DNA of 64,000 nucleotides from Myxococcota bacterium (GTDB lineage: Bacteria > Myxococcota > B64-G9), in contig JBFFBT010000001.1 of NCBI GenBank assembly GCA_041560255.1, forward strand, positions 157 to 64,156, written 5' to 3'. The translations under genes were made by a program, and so were the position numbers. Under the pieces are notes generated by a model. That model saw nothing but the letters and a program-made list of their open reading frames with translations, was not told where the DNA came from and did not search any database. Positions 38,200-47,752 of this stretch are shown here, in pieces; position 1 is the first letter of the stretch, and each line of letters begins with the position of its first letter.

Positions 38200-39729
38200 T
38201 CATTGATTTTGCAGATTGCCGACTTCGGATTCGACCGCATCGAGGATTTGTGCGGATTGGACGACCTCTTTCATCTTGGTGTGATCGGGGTACAAGGGCC
38301 GGTCCTCGCCCAAGTGCTCGACATGTTCTCTTACGATTTTATGGGCGACGGAGACACCCCGGCCATGCTCGAATTCGCGGAAGTCCAATGCTTGGGCCGC
38401 ACCCATGAACTCAATTCCCATTACACCATAGGCGTTGTCCAGAATTTGGTGGTTTTTGATCGAAGTGTTCATTCCCATCGAAACGAAATCTTCTTGGTCG
38501 GCGGCGGCCGGTATGGATTGAATGGAAGCGGGCGCCGACAGGATGCGTTGTTCGACGATGAGAGAGTCGGCCGTGTACTGTGACAACATCATGCCCGAAA
38601 ACATTCCGGCGCCTTTGGTCAAAAAAGACGGCAATCCCACACTCAAAGCCGGATTGGTCAAGCGGTTGAAGCGCCGCTCAGACAATACACATACCATGGT
38701 CACGGCAGCGCCGACCATGTCCATCGGTAGGCTGACCGGAGTGCCTTGAAAATTGGCACCGGTGAGCGTGAGCCTATCTTCGGGGATGAAGATGGGATTG
38801 TCACCGACTCCGTTGAGCTCACATTCGACTTGCCGAACGGCGTGGGCGACCGCATCGTGGGCGGCGCCGATGACTTGCGGACTCGATCGCATGGAGTAGG
38901 CATCCTGCACCTTGATCTTGAGCTTTCCAGTCTCGAGATCGGAACCCCGAATGCAGGCCATGATGGAGTTGGCGCTGCGTAACGCGCCCGGGAAACCCCG
39001 TACCCGGTGAAGCCGCGGATCATACGGTTTGAGATTGGCCAGCAAAGCTTCCAGGGTCATGGCGCAGGCAATTTCGGCTTGTTTGAGAAATCTGTTGATA
39101 TCATACAGTTGGATGGCCGCCATAGCGGTGAGCAAATTGGATCCGTTGATGGCCGCCAAGCCATCTCTGGCCTTGAGGCCGGGTATGGGGATGCCGGCTT
39201 TTTCCATGGCGGCGCGGCCGGGCAGACGTTGACCGTTCAGGTAGGCTTCGCCTTCACCCATCAATAAAAGCGCGATTTGCGACATCGGGGCCAGATCGCC
39301 GCAGGCACCGACCGATCCTTTTTGACATACTACCGGAGTCACTCCCCGGTTGAGCATCTCGATTAAAGTCAGAGTAATTTCGGGCCGGCAACCCGACATA
39401 CCGTGGGCATGGACATTGATCCGGCCGAGCATGGCGCCGCGTACGTACTCGATGGGCGCCGGATCGCCGATTCCGGCGGCATGGTTGTAAATCAAGTATT
39501 TCTGAAATTGTTCTACTTGTTCGTCGTTCAAAACAACTTCCGAAAACTCGCCGATGCCGGTATTGACCCCGTACATAATTTCGCGAGCTTGGATTTTCTC
39601 CTCCAACATAGAACGACATATCTTGATGCGTTCATGGGCGTTGGGATCGAGCTCGACTTTCTCATTATGTCTCGCGACGGCCACCAGCTTTTCGATGCTC
39701 AAACCCGAACTATTTATGACGATTGTCAT
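38200..39729 (-). CDS. histidine/aromatic amino acid ammonia-lyase family (MIO-dependent) enzyme with Ala-Cys-Gly in place of the canonical Ala-Ser-Gly triad
   Basis: Full-length HAL/PAL-family similarity (GVNTGIGEF, NGSNLLTAMAA, GSVGACGDLAPMSQ). The triad residue is Cys. Confidence 0.75.
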   Translation of the reverse strand: MTIVINSSGLSIEKLVAVARHNEKVELDPNAHERIKICRSMLEEKIQAREIMYGVNTGIGEFSEVVLNDEQVEQFQKYLIYNHAAGIGDPAPIEYVRGAMLGRINVHAHGMSGCRPEITLTLIEMLNRGVTPVVCQKGSVGACGDLAPMSQIALLLMGEGEAYLNGQRLPGRAAMEKAGIPIPGLKARDGLAAINGSNLLTAMAAIQLYDINRFLKQAEIACAMTLEALLANLKPYDPRLHRVRGFPGALRSANSIMACIRGSDLETGKLKIKVQDAYSMRSSPQVIGAAHDAVAHAVRQVECELNGVGDNPIFIPEDRLTLTGANFQGTPVSLPMDMVGAAVTMVCVLSERRFNRLTNPALSVGLPSFLTKGAGMFSGMMLSQYTADSLIVEQRILSAPASIQSIPAAADQEDFVSMGMNTSIKNHQILDNAYGVMGIEFMGAAQALDFREFEHGRGVSVAHKIVREHVEHLGEDRPLYPDHTKMKEVVQSAQILDAVESEVGNLQNQ

Positions 39730-39898
39730 GTCAATGCTCCTTTTGGGGGTAAAAGATCAAAAACCGTTCGTATCGAGTTTGGTCAAGATCCAAGCTTGAA
39801 GTCTTTCGGGTTTCGACCAAAGTTTTTCGGTTTCGGCCTGCATGCCGTCATGATCGTTGGGGTAATGAAACGAATGAATAGAAACGGACGAACGCTTA

Positions 39899-40804
39899 CT
39901 ACTGAAAAGCTTTTCGGTAGGCAGAAGGGCTTGTTCCGTAACGTTTTGAAAAACTGATGGAAAATTGAGACAGAGTCGAAAACCCACATTGCAGCGCAAT
40001 ATCTGTAACCGATTGGGTTGCAGATTGGAGAAGTTTTCTGGCGCGTTCGAGGCGAACCGACAAGAGATACTGCAGAGGGGAGCGACCCAGCTCTTTACGA
40101 AACACCCGGGTGAAATTGGATCGGGACATATGCGCGCATTTTGCCAGGAGTCGAACAGATAGATCCCGGTCGAAATGGGCGTGAATGAGTTCGACCGCCC
40201 GGTTAATCTCCTGCCGGATGGTCTCGCGCTGGTGGGTTTGCTTGAGTCCCAGCATTTTTCGAATGATTTCATGGGTGATTTTTGTAGCCAACGACTCCAG
40301 GACCACTTGTCGGGCGGGTAGTTGGCATTCGAACTCATTCATGAAATCTTTGAGCAAAGCGATCATGCGGGTGTCGAAGGCGAAGGAAACATTTCGAAAG
40401 TTGGAGTCGGATCTGTGATAGTACTGCCATTGCCGCTCAAAAAACTCTTTGTCGATGAAAACCGCGATGTAGCGAAAAATTGAATCGGTGCGCAGTTGAT
40501 GATGTCGTACTCCCGGGTAGAGAGCGTAAAAATTACCCCGTTTGGTGTGAATGGTTTGGTTTTCGATCCTCAATTTGCCTCTATCATCCAAGGCAAAGTC
40601 GAATGAATAGGCTGGATGGGCGTGGAGATGTTTCAATCCCGCCATGCAGGGACCCACCACGGGTACGAGCAGTCCAATGGGATAAGACACGTAACAATCG
40701 ACAAACCGGAGCTGATCCGTATGCACCTCTCCCATCAGTTTTTGGGCTTCCTGCAACCAGCAAGAGCGATTCGACATCGGCGTATGGGTGAGACCTTCCA
40801 ACAT
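39899..40804 (-). CDS. AraC-family transcriptional regulator
   Basis: C-terminal dual HTH (LSVRLLAKCAHMSRSNFTRVFRKELGRSPLQYLLSVRLERARKLL ... DIALQCGFSTLSQFSISFSKRYGTSPSAYR). The start is uncertain (40804 or ATG 40777). Confidence 0.75.
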   Translation of the reverse strand: MLEGLTHTPMSNRSCWLQEAQKLMGEVHTDQLRFVDCYVSYPIGLLVPVVGPCMAGLKHLHAHPAYSFDFALDDRGKLRIENQTIHTKRGNFYALYPGVRHHQLRTDSIFRYIAVFIDKEFFERQWQYYHRSDSNFRNVSFAFDTRMIALLKDFMNEFECQLPARQVVLESLATKITHEIIRKMLGLKQTHQRETIRQEINRAVELIHAHFDRDLSVRLLAKCAHMSRSNFTRVFRKELGRSPLQYLLSVRLERARKLLQSATQSVTDIALQCGFSTLSQFSISFSKRYGTSPSAYRKAFQ

Positions 40805-40990
40805 AAGAATTGAAAATACCTAAAAACCCGACTTTCTGTAAAGCCCCAAAATGCAGGCCGGCAACAAATTCAGCTTTGATGTGTATATTGAAATATGGTC
40901 GAATACACCTGATGTGTCGGGAAAACTTCAATACATCATACGGTTTGCCGTGTTGGAGTGAACGGGCCTGCCGGGACGGAAACGGACGGT

Positions 40991-43900
40991 TTATTGTACA
41001 GTGATGTCGTCGAAAGCCATACCGTCGGTATTGATCCCATAATTGTCGGTTTGTTGAAACTTGACCACGAAAGTATGGGTAAACTCGAGGTCGAATTGAC
41101 TTGCCAGTTGTTGTAGATCGAGCGAAATCTCCGTCCAGGTGGAGCCGGCGCCTACAAGATTATATACTTTGAAAAAGGTCGCACCGCCATTGTTCGAAAT
41201 AAATACGCCGTCTTCAGCATGATTTTCGTCGTTGAACTCCTTCCACCAAAACTTGAGTTGTGCTTGGGTATGATCACTGAGATCGAGCCGCAACCAGGCT
41301 TCATTGATCGAGTAGGTGCCCTTGGAGCCGTCGTCCATGGTCAGATGATACGTGCCGGACTTAGGTGTAAAAGACGGGGTGACTTGGATCCGGCCGAATG
41401 CGGTGGAGCTTTTTGTCGACCAGTATGAATCCAAAGATCCACTTTCAAATCCGGTGCTGTAGGGTAACTTCGCGTAGTGTTCGGGTGCAGGCTGCGGTAC
41501 GGTTACGCTGAGGTCATCGAAAGCCATACCGTCGGTATTGATCCCGTAGTTGTCGGTTTGTTGAAATTGTACCACGAACGTGGCATTGAGCTTGAGGCCG
41601 TTTTCATGAGCCAGTTGATCCAAGTCGAGAGCGATCTCTTTCCAACTCGAGTTTCCCGCCGTAAGGCTGTAAACTTTCGTGAAGGTATTCCCTCCGTTGT
41701 CCGAGATGAATACACCGTCTTCAGCATGACTTTCGTCGTTGAACTCCTTCCACCAAAACGTAAGATCCACTTGTGCCTGGTTGGAAAGATCGAGATACAG
41801 CCTGGCCTGGTTGATGGAATAAGTGCCTTTGGATCCATCGTCCATGGTCAAGTGGTAGGCGCCGCTTTTGGGGCCGTGGTTGGTTGTAAGCAGGACTCGT
41901 CCAAATTGTGTGTCGCTATGTGTTTTCCAGTGCTTGTCCAGAGTGCCGCTCTCAAATCCGGTGGAGTAGGGTATCTTTGCATATGGATTATACGGTACGG
42001 CATGCACCGTCGGGGATGCTTTCGATTCTTCTTGGCTGGAATTCAGTGCGGTAACGTAATAATAATATGATGTGTCGTTGTTCAATCCATTATCCGTATG
42101 GGTGCTTTGGATGACATTTGCGATCGTCGTATAGGGGCCGCCCGGCGCCAAGCCGCGGTATACTTTGTATCCACTCAGGTCTGGCTCTGAGTTGTCCGCC
42201 CAATCCAAACGAATCATGCGGTCGCCGGCCTCGGCTGCCAACTCGGCCGGGGGCTCCGGCGGATTGCTGGTATCAGGATCGCCTCCCGAGACCACCAAGG
42301 CATAATCGGCATCCAGAGAAGGAGTTTCAATATGACCATCTTGAACAATTTCGTCACCCAGCACTTGAATGCGCCAGCTGCCGGATTCGGGGTTTTGGAT
42401 GAAAATATTCTCCACCGTATCGATGGTGTTCGGGTTGCCTGCGGGGCGGGACCAATTTCCTTCGAGCAATCCATGGTTGCCCCAATACACGACGCCGCTC
42501 GGGCTGATGGCTTTCAGCGTCAGATCGTTGATCCGGTGTTGGGCCGCGGATGGGACGCCCGGAGGATCGGCATACACTAAAGTAGCCCTAAGTGGTTGAT
42601 CTCCATGTGTAATAATCGTGTAAGTGTGGACTTGTAAAGGCTCGAGCACGGCGCTTTCATTAATAAGTATCGGAAACCTCCATCCATGTGTCTGGGCGGT
42701 TTCATAGAGGGTCTTTATGTCGGGCACACCCCATCCTTGGTGAGTGCGGGTAAGGTTGTGTTCGGTTCCGCTGAAAGCATAACGATACGCCGAATGAATC
42801 ATGAGCGCCTTGGCCGTGGTAAAATGGGGGCGAAAATCGAAAACGTCTCTACCTTTTCCAGGTCCTCCGTCGAAAATTCCGTCGGCCCACATTTGAAACA
42901 ACAAACCGAACATTCCCGCGGTTGCCGGGGTCGCGCCGCTGGTGCCGCCGAAATTCGCGTAGCGGCTGTCACCGGTATCGTCCGTAGTCCAAATCGTTCC
43001 GTGTTGGTTGGACAAATCGGGTTTGATGCGGCCGTCTTCCGCCGGTCCGATGCTTGCGGATTTCCAGTAATCGTTTGAACGATCACGATCGTCGCTGCCG
43101 TTGTGGATGCCGCCGATCGATACGGCATTTTTGGCCCAGGCTTCCGGGCGGGATCTTCGGGTTCCTTCGTTGCTTTGTGATTGGGTGTAGAGCAAATCCA
43201 GCTCGAAAAGGATTTGATCGATCTCGGCCGAAACAGTCGTATAGCTGGTGGTTTGGGTATGACCCCAACTGGATGTTTGAAATACGCCTCTATGGGGTCC
43301 TTTGGGGTTTACCAATTCGGATGCCTGGGTGTATCTGTCGGTTCTTCCTCCATATTCTTTCAGCTCGATGTACCGGGACGCAAACAAGGGCTGCTCGGCG
43401 TCCGGCAAGAGGCCCCGGGCGGTGGGATCTCCTGTGCCGTTTCCGAATACGATACCATATACCGGAGTTCCGTGGTTGAAGTCCGAGGGGTTGTTCTTTG
43501 TATGGAAAAGCGGGGGGTTTTTCTGAAAATCTTGGTGGGTGTCCCTAAGTCCATCGTCGAAAACCTGACCACGGACGCCTTGGCCTGAGTAACCGGCCAC
43601 GGTTTCGACAAAGTTTGCGCCTTGGAGATCTCGGATATCATCTATGTCATGGCCGGTATCGGTCCAAAGCTCGATATACAGAACTTGGGGGTTTTTGGAA
43701 AGCACAGCCAAAAGCTCCACATCCATTGAAGCCGAAAGCACACGAGTCGGGCCCAGGCAATGCACCTTACCGCCCCGCTCAGTGATTTGGTTTGCAATTG
43801 TGTCCTGCATCCCGTTTTTCAACACCATGATGTTGTATTTTTGTAGGTTTCTAGGTTTTTGCTCTAAAACTTCTTCCAGGCCGTCTTCCAAACGATACAT

Positions 43901-44404
43901 CGGTTCGTACAATCCGACCCAACGGACAAATTCCAGGCGTTCGACGTTTTGCTTGACATACGGGTTCATCAAGACAATCAGGGCTTGATCGGGTAAAGGA
44001 ACTCCAACCTCTGCACCCAACGACGTGAGCCTCTCTTGGTATTGCGCCAAGGCTTGGGTGTAAAATTGCACAATGTAGGCTCTTTTCCCCAGGCTGGTTT
44101 GGGTGGCATGCCGAAGGTGAACCGGGGCTGTAGGTACAGTAACCAGCGGATCGAAAACCGCTTTTTTCAATCTTATTTCATTTCGTTGGGGAAATCTACG
44201 GCTGAATTGCACGCCATCCAGGCTGATTTGGTACGTCGCGTCCGCATGCAAAATGATCCGAACGTCGGATCCGGCAATTTGTATCGATTTGTCGACACCG
44301 AGCCCGCCGCCGGATCCGTATGAGCAAGAGTCAAATAATATTGAGGGGATAAGTAGGAGTACGCCGATTGCAATAGTCTTCATCCTTGTGCTCTGTTTTC
44401 TCAC
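40991..44404 (-). CDS. secreted subtilisin-like (S8) peptidase with fibronectin-III-like region and two tandemly duplicated about 150-aa C-terminal domains
   Basis: Signal peptide. S8 triad motifs (VFDDGL, NHGTPVYG, GGTSGATP). Two C-terminal repeats (PYSTGFESG.LD..W.T.S.T.FGR...T.....KSG.YHLTMDDGSKGTYSIN...DGMAFDD) are about 70% identical, with near-identical DNA at about 41003 and 41513. Confidence 0.7.
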   Translation of the reverse strand: MRKQSTRMKTIAIGVLLLIPSILFDSCSYGSGGGLGVDKSIQIAGSDVRIILHADATYQISLDGVQFSRRFPQRNEIRLKKAVFDPLVTVPTAPVHLRHATQTSLGKRAYIVQFYTQALAQYQERLTSLGAEVGVPLPDQALIVLMNPYVKQNVERLEFVRWVGLYEPMYRLEDGLEEVLEQKPRNLQKYNIMVLKNGMQDTIANQITERGGKVHCLGPTRVLSASMDVELLAVLSKNPQVLYIELWTDTGHDIDDIRDLQGANFVETVAGYSGQGVRGQVFDDGLRDTHQDFQKNPPLFHTKNNPSDFNHGTPVYGIVFGNGTGDPTARGLLPDAEQPLFASRYIELKEYGGRTDRYTQASELVNPKGPHRGVFQTSSWGHTQTTSYTTVSAEIDQILFELDLLYTQSQSNEGTRRSRPEAWAKNAVSIGGIHNGSDDRDRSNDYWKSASIGPAEDGRIKPDLSNQHGTIWTTDDTGDSRYANFGGTSGATPATAGMFGLLFQMWADGIFDGGPGKGRDVFDFRPHFTTAKALMIHSAYRYAFSGTEHNLTRTHQGWGVPDIKTLYETAQTHGWRFPILINESAVLEPLQVHTYTIITHGDQPLRATLVYADPPGVPSAAQHRINDLTLKAISPSGVVYWGNHGLLEGNWSRPAGNPNTIDTVENIFIQNPESGSWRIQVLGDEIVQDGHIETPSLDADYALVVSGGDPDTSNPPEPPAELAAEAGDRMIRLDWADNSEPDLSGYKVYRGLAPGGPYTTIANVIQSTHTDNGLNNDTSYYYYVTALNSSQEESKASPTVHAVPYNPYAKIPYSTGFESGTLDKHWKTHSDTQFGRVLLTTNHGPKSGAYHLTMDDGSKGTYSINQARLYLDLSNQAQVDLTFWWKEFNDESHAEDGVFISDNGGNTFTKVYSLTAGNSSWKEIALDLDQLAHENGLKLNATFVVQFQQTDNYGINTDGMAFDDLSVTVPQPAPEHYAKLPYSTGFESGSLDSYWSTKSSTAFGRIQVTPSFTPKSGTYHLTMDDGSKGTYSINEAWLRLDLSDHTQAQLKFWWKEFNDENHAEDGVFISNNGGATFFKVYNLVGAGSTWTEISLDLQQLASQFDLEFTHTFVVKFQQTDNYGINTDGMAFDDITVQ

Positions 44405-44696
44405 CCCCCTGGTTTCTAAGGCCGCGGTTCGGCGAATTTGACTTTTCCCGATAAGTTGTCAATCAAACTCCGAAGTATTCGCCGATACGCATGAATCTAA
44501 AATAGAAATCAACCACTGTTTTGAGAAGCAATCCTTGCTGTGAAAAACAGCCATACACGCAGTGGTTGTATCTTACACTTTACTAACCGAGAGCCGTTCA
44601 TATATATTCCCTGGTTTGGAAAACAGCTATGGATGTACATGCTGCTTTGGCGCCGGTTTTTGGGATCATCATCGCCCGCGATGCTGCCAGAGCCGG

Positions 44697-44924
44697 CTAT
44701 ATGATATGGATTGATGCGTACTCCACATTGGCTTGAATTAAAATGTTTTCAATGGTTTGGGCTTGATCACCGTCGATCCGGGCGCATACGCCGCAGTCCG
44801 AGCTCAAATGGCGGGGTACGGGTATCAATCTGCAGACGAGTTGTTGATCTTTCAGTACTTTTTCAGCCCTGAACGCATGGTTGCTGGTATGGAATAAGAT
44901 AACTGTATAGGTTGCTGCGTTCAT
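44697..44924 (-). CDS. DUF3343-family small protein (putative sulfur/selenium-metabolism accessory)
   Basis: 75 aa. Pattern VILFHTSNHAFRAEKVLKDQQLVCRLIPVPRHLSSDCGVCARI is typical of DUF3343 proteins found next to cysteine desulfurases. 4-bp overlap with the upstream gene. Confidence 0.55.
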   Translation of the reverse strand: MNAATYTVILFHTSNHAFRAEKVLKDQQLVCRLIPVPRHLSSDCGVCARIDGDQAQTIENILIQANVEYASIHII

Positions 44925-46093
44925 GGTTTGATGCGCGTCAGGTTTGCGACCGCCCGGAGGGCGGTTTCGATGTGATCCATGGTTGTAAACATGCCGGGTG
45001 CAAATCTGACCGTACCTTTGGGGTAGGTACCGATGGTGCGATGGGCCGAGGGCGCACAGTGTAACCCGACCCGGCAGCAGATCTTGTATTGGGTATCCAG
45101 CAAATACCCGGCTTCAGATGGCTGCATGTTGTTGAGGTTGAAGGAGAGTGTCGTGGTCTGCCGATCACTGCGGCCGGGGCCGTAGACGGTTACTCCGTCC
45201 GTGGTTGCCAGGCCGTCTATCAATATTTGGGTCAGTTTTTGGTGGTGTCGGCGGATTTTTGCGACATCCTTTTCTCGAATCCAGTCCACCGCGGCGCAAA
45301 GTCCTGCCAAACCCACTGCATTGAGGGTGCCGCTTTCAAATGCATCCGGTAGATGGCCGGGTTGTTCTTCGCTGGCCGAGTTGCTGCCGGTGCCCCCGCG
45401 TTTCAAGGGTCGCATTGACGTCGCATCGACCCTGTCGCCGATGAGAAGACCGCCGGTTCCAGTCGGGCCGAGGAGCGATTTATGACCGGTAAAGGCCAGG
45501 AGATCGATTTTGTCTGATTTCATATCGATGGGTACGCAGCCGGCGCTTGCGGCCGCATCGACCAGAAAGAGCAGATCGTGCTCTCTGGCGATTCGTCCGA
45601 TCTGTGCAATGGGTTGCAGGGTGCCGACGATGTTGGATGCGTGGCTGGTCGCAATGAGTTTCGTGTTGGGGAGAATTTGCTTTTGAATGTCGGTTGGATC
45701 CACCAATCCGGTTGGATCGCAGGTTACCACACTCAACCTGACGCCGTGATGTTCAAGCCGGCGCAGCGGGCGCATGACGGCGTTGTGCTCCATCGAAGTA
45801 GTGATGATATGATCTCCGGGGTCAACAAGTCCCAGCAGGGCCAAGTTGAGGGCTTCGGTGGCATTGGGTCCGAAAACCACCTTGAGTGGGTCGTCGGCTC
45901 CAAATAGTGTGCATAATGACTCACGGGTTGCGTTGATGATTCGACCTGCCTGGATGGATAGATGGTGGCCCGAACGGCCGGGATTGGCTCCAACGTTGGT
46001 GAGGAAATTCAACATGGCGGATGGAACACACTCGGGTTTGGGCCATGAGGTGGCTGCGTTATCCAGATAAATGCTTTCGGGTTGGTGATGCAT
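44921..46093 (-). CDS. cysteine desulfurase-family aminotransferase class V (PLP-dependent)
   Basis: IYLDNAATSWPKP, the PLP lysine loop FTGHKSLLGPTG, and a C-terminal Cys loop. Confidence 0.75.
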   Translation of the reverse strand: MHHQPESIYLDNAATSWPKPECVPSAMLNFLTNVGANPGRSGHHLSIQAGRIINATRESLCTLFGADDPLKVVFGPNATEALNLALLGLVDPGDHIITTSMEHNAVMRPLRRLEHHGVRLSVVTCDPTGLVDPTDIQKQILPNTKLIATSHASNIVGTLQPIAQIGRIAREHDLLFLVDAAASAGCVPIDMKSDKIDLLAFTGHKSLLGPTGTGGLLIGDRVDATSMRPLKRGGTGSNSASEEQPGHLPDAFESGTLNAVGLAGLCAAVDWIREKDVAKIRRHHQKLTQILIDGLATTDGVTVYGPGRSDRQTTTLSFNLNNMQPSEAGYLLDTQYKICCRVGLHCAPSAHRTIGTYPKGTVRFAPGMFTTMDHIETALRAVANLTRIKP

Positions 46094-46114
46094 CGGACTA
46101 TCTCACGATCAGCT

Positions 46115-46330
46115 CTAAGCTTTTTTTATCATCATCCTATACTCTTCGCCGGCGGGTTGGATCTCGGTTGTAAATCCCAGCGTCTTCGCAATCCGGGTGA
46201 TGTTTTCGCACGCTGTGCCGGAGTCCGCGAGGACTTCGATGACCTCCTCGGGCTCGAGGTTCTCAAGTATGCGTCGCACCTGCAAAACGGGTTCAGGACA
46301 GGCAAGACCGCGAACATCGATGGTTGGCAT
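46115..46330 (-). CDS. TusA-like sulfurtransferase
   Basis: 71 aa. IDVRGLACPEPVLQVRRIL contains the CPxP active-site motif of TusA/YeeD/YedF. Confidence 0.8.
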   Translation of the reverse strand: MPTIDVRGLACPEPVLQVRRILENLEPEEVIEVLADSGTACENITRIAKTLGFTTEIQPAGEEYRMMIKKA

Positions 46331-46351
46331 GGATTGGATGCTCCTTGTGGG

Positions 46352-47452
46352 CTATGTTCTCTGACGCATTGTGGCGCCGACCATTACGCAAAACACGAGA
46401 CCGATGATGACCCCGATCTGTCCGAACAAACCCGGACCGCCTGTTTGGAGTACTCCGGAGCTCAGGCTGTCCGGTACCGCTGCCAGGGTGAAGTTGTGTG
46501 CAAAGGCCGCGCCGGTTATCATTCCCATGACGAATATCGCCGCGTCCTGATCACCTTCACCGGATAAAAACAGTTGCCTGCCCGGACAACCCCCGGCGAG
46601 GATAAATGCCAGACCCGCAAGCACCATCCCGAGGAAATTCCAGATATGATTGCTGTGGGCCACGGGTTGGAGCGTAAAACCAGGTTCGATGCGACCCAGC
46701 GCGAGATTGGCCGACAGCGTTGCCACGATCATGGCTCCAACCCCATAAAGCAGATGAAAATCTTTTAAAAGAACCGCATCCCGGATCGAGCCCATGGTGC
46801 AAAAACGGGAACGCTGGGCTACGAAACCCACCAACAATCCCACCGCCGATGAGATCCATACCGAAGCATGCATCGCGCCGGGCCCTTTGGTGCTTTCAAA
46901 CAGAAAAGTCGGTTTGATAAAAACCAAAAACATTAAACCCAACATCAACGCAGGCATGAGAAATCCCGAGGCTTTGGGGGTTTTCCACGAGCGCCCGAGG
47001 GTGTAGCCGCGTTTGAGAAACCAGCAGCCCGCAGCAATGCCCGCGGTCAGACCCACAAGGCCTAAAACGGCGTTCAGATCACCGCCTGCCAGACGAAGCA
47101 GTGCTCTCCAAGGGCATCCGAGAAACGTAAGCGCTCCAATCATGGAAAATCCACCCAGGACAAAACGGACCAAAGGTTGTGAGCCTCCTCGAGCGCGAAA
47201 CTCGCCAAAGAAAATTGCAGCCGCCATCGCTCCCAAGACAAATCCGGGTATCTCGGGTCGCAGGTATTGAACCACCTCCGTGCGATGCAATCCCAGTGCG
47301 CCGGCGATATCTCTTTCGAAGCACGCCACACACACCCCCATATTGGGAGGATTGCCCAGAATGGGTAAAATGCCTGCGAGCAAACCGATGATGCCGCCTG
47401 AAAATACGATGCCCCGGCGGGAAGCAAAAAAACCAGCGATGCTGACTTTCAT
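46352..47452 (-). CDS. YeeE/YedE-family membrane protein (thiosulfate/selenium transporter-like)
   Basis: About 10 TM helices with conserved Cys-containing loops (GVCVACF, GGCPGRQLF). Paired with the TusA-like gene as in yeeE-yeeD units. Confidence 0.7.
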   Translation of the reverse strand: MKVSIAGFFASRRGIVFSGGIIGLLAGILPILGNPPNMGVCVACFERDIAGALGLHRTEVVQYLRPEIPGFVLGAMAAAIFFGEFRARGGSQPLVRFVLGGFSMIGALTFLGCPWRALLRLAGGDLNAVLGLVGLTAGIAAGCWFLKRGYTLGRSWKTPKASGFLMPALMLGLMFLVFIKPTFLFESTKGPGAMHASVWISSAVGLLVGFVAQRSRFCTMGSIRDAVLLKDFHLLYGVGAMIVATLSANLALGRIEPGFTLQPVAHSNHIWNFLGMVLAGLAFILAGGCPGRQLFLSGEGDQDAAIFVMGMITGAAFAHNFTLAAVPDSLSSGVLQTGGPGLFGQIGVIIGLVFCVMVGATMRQRT

Positions 47453-47562
47453 CTCAACTCCTATAAAGATCTCATCGATCCGCCTGCACTATCCGTCACA
47501 GGCGCAAGACACATAGTATGCACCGATGGAATGTATAGGCAACCACATTTTTGGTAATTTTT

Positions 47563-47713
47563 GGTAACCGTTCACCCGGGGAAGCGGTGACTCATTCGAT
47601 TTCTGCGAGACTCTTAGAGTTTACAAGCTATGAAAAATCGATTACTTGTAAACCCTGCTCCGACAAGTCCTCGTAATCTCAAGAGCCATCACTTCCCCAG
47701 GTGAACGGTTACC
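47563..47713. repeat. 22-bp imperfect inverted repeats (GGTAACCGTTCACCCGGGGAAG / CTTCCCCAGGTGAACGGTTACC) flanking about 107 bp with a nested 9-bp inverted repeat (GTTTACAAG / CTTGTAAAC): MITE-like or structured leader element
   Basis: The element lies in the divergent intergenic region between the YeeE and CapA-like genes. Only one copy occurs in this window. Confidence 0.45.
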
Positions 47714-47752
47714 GATGTGGTATTTTTTGGATTTGTGAGTATAGTGTAGGTC

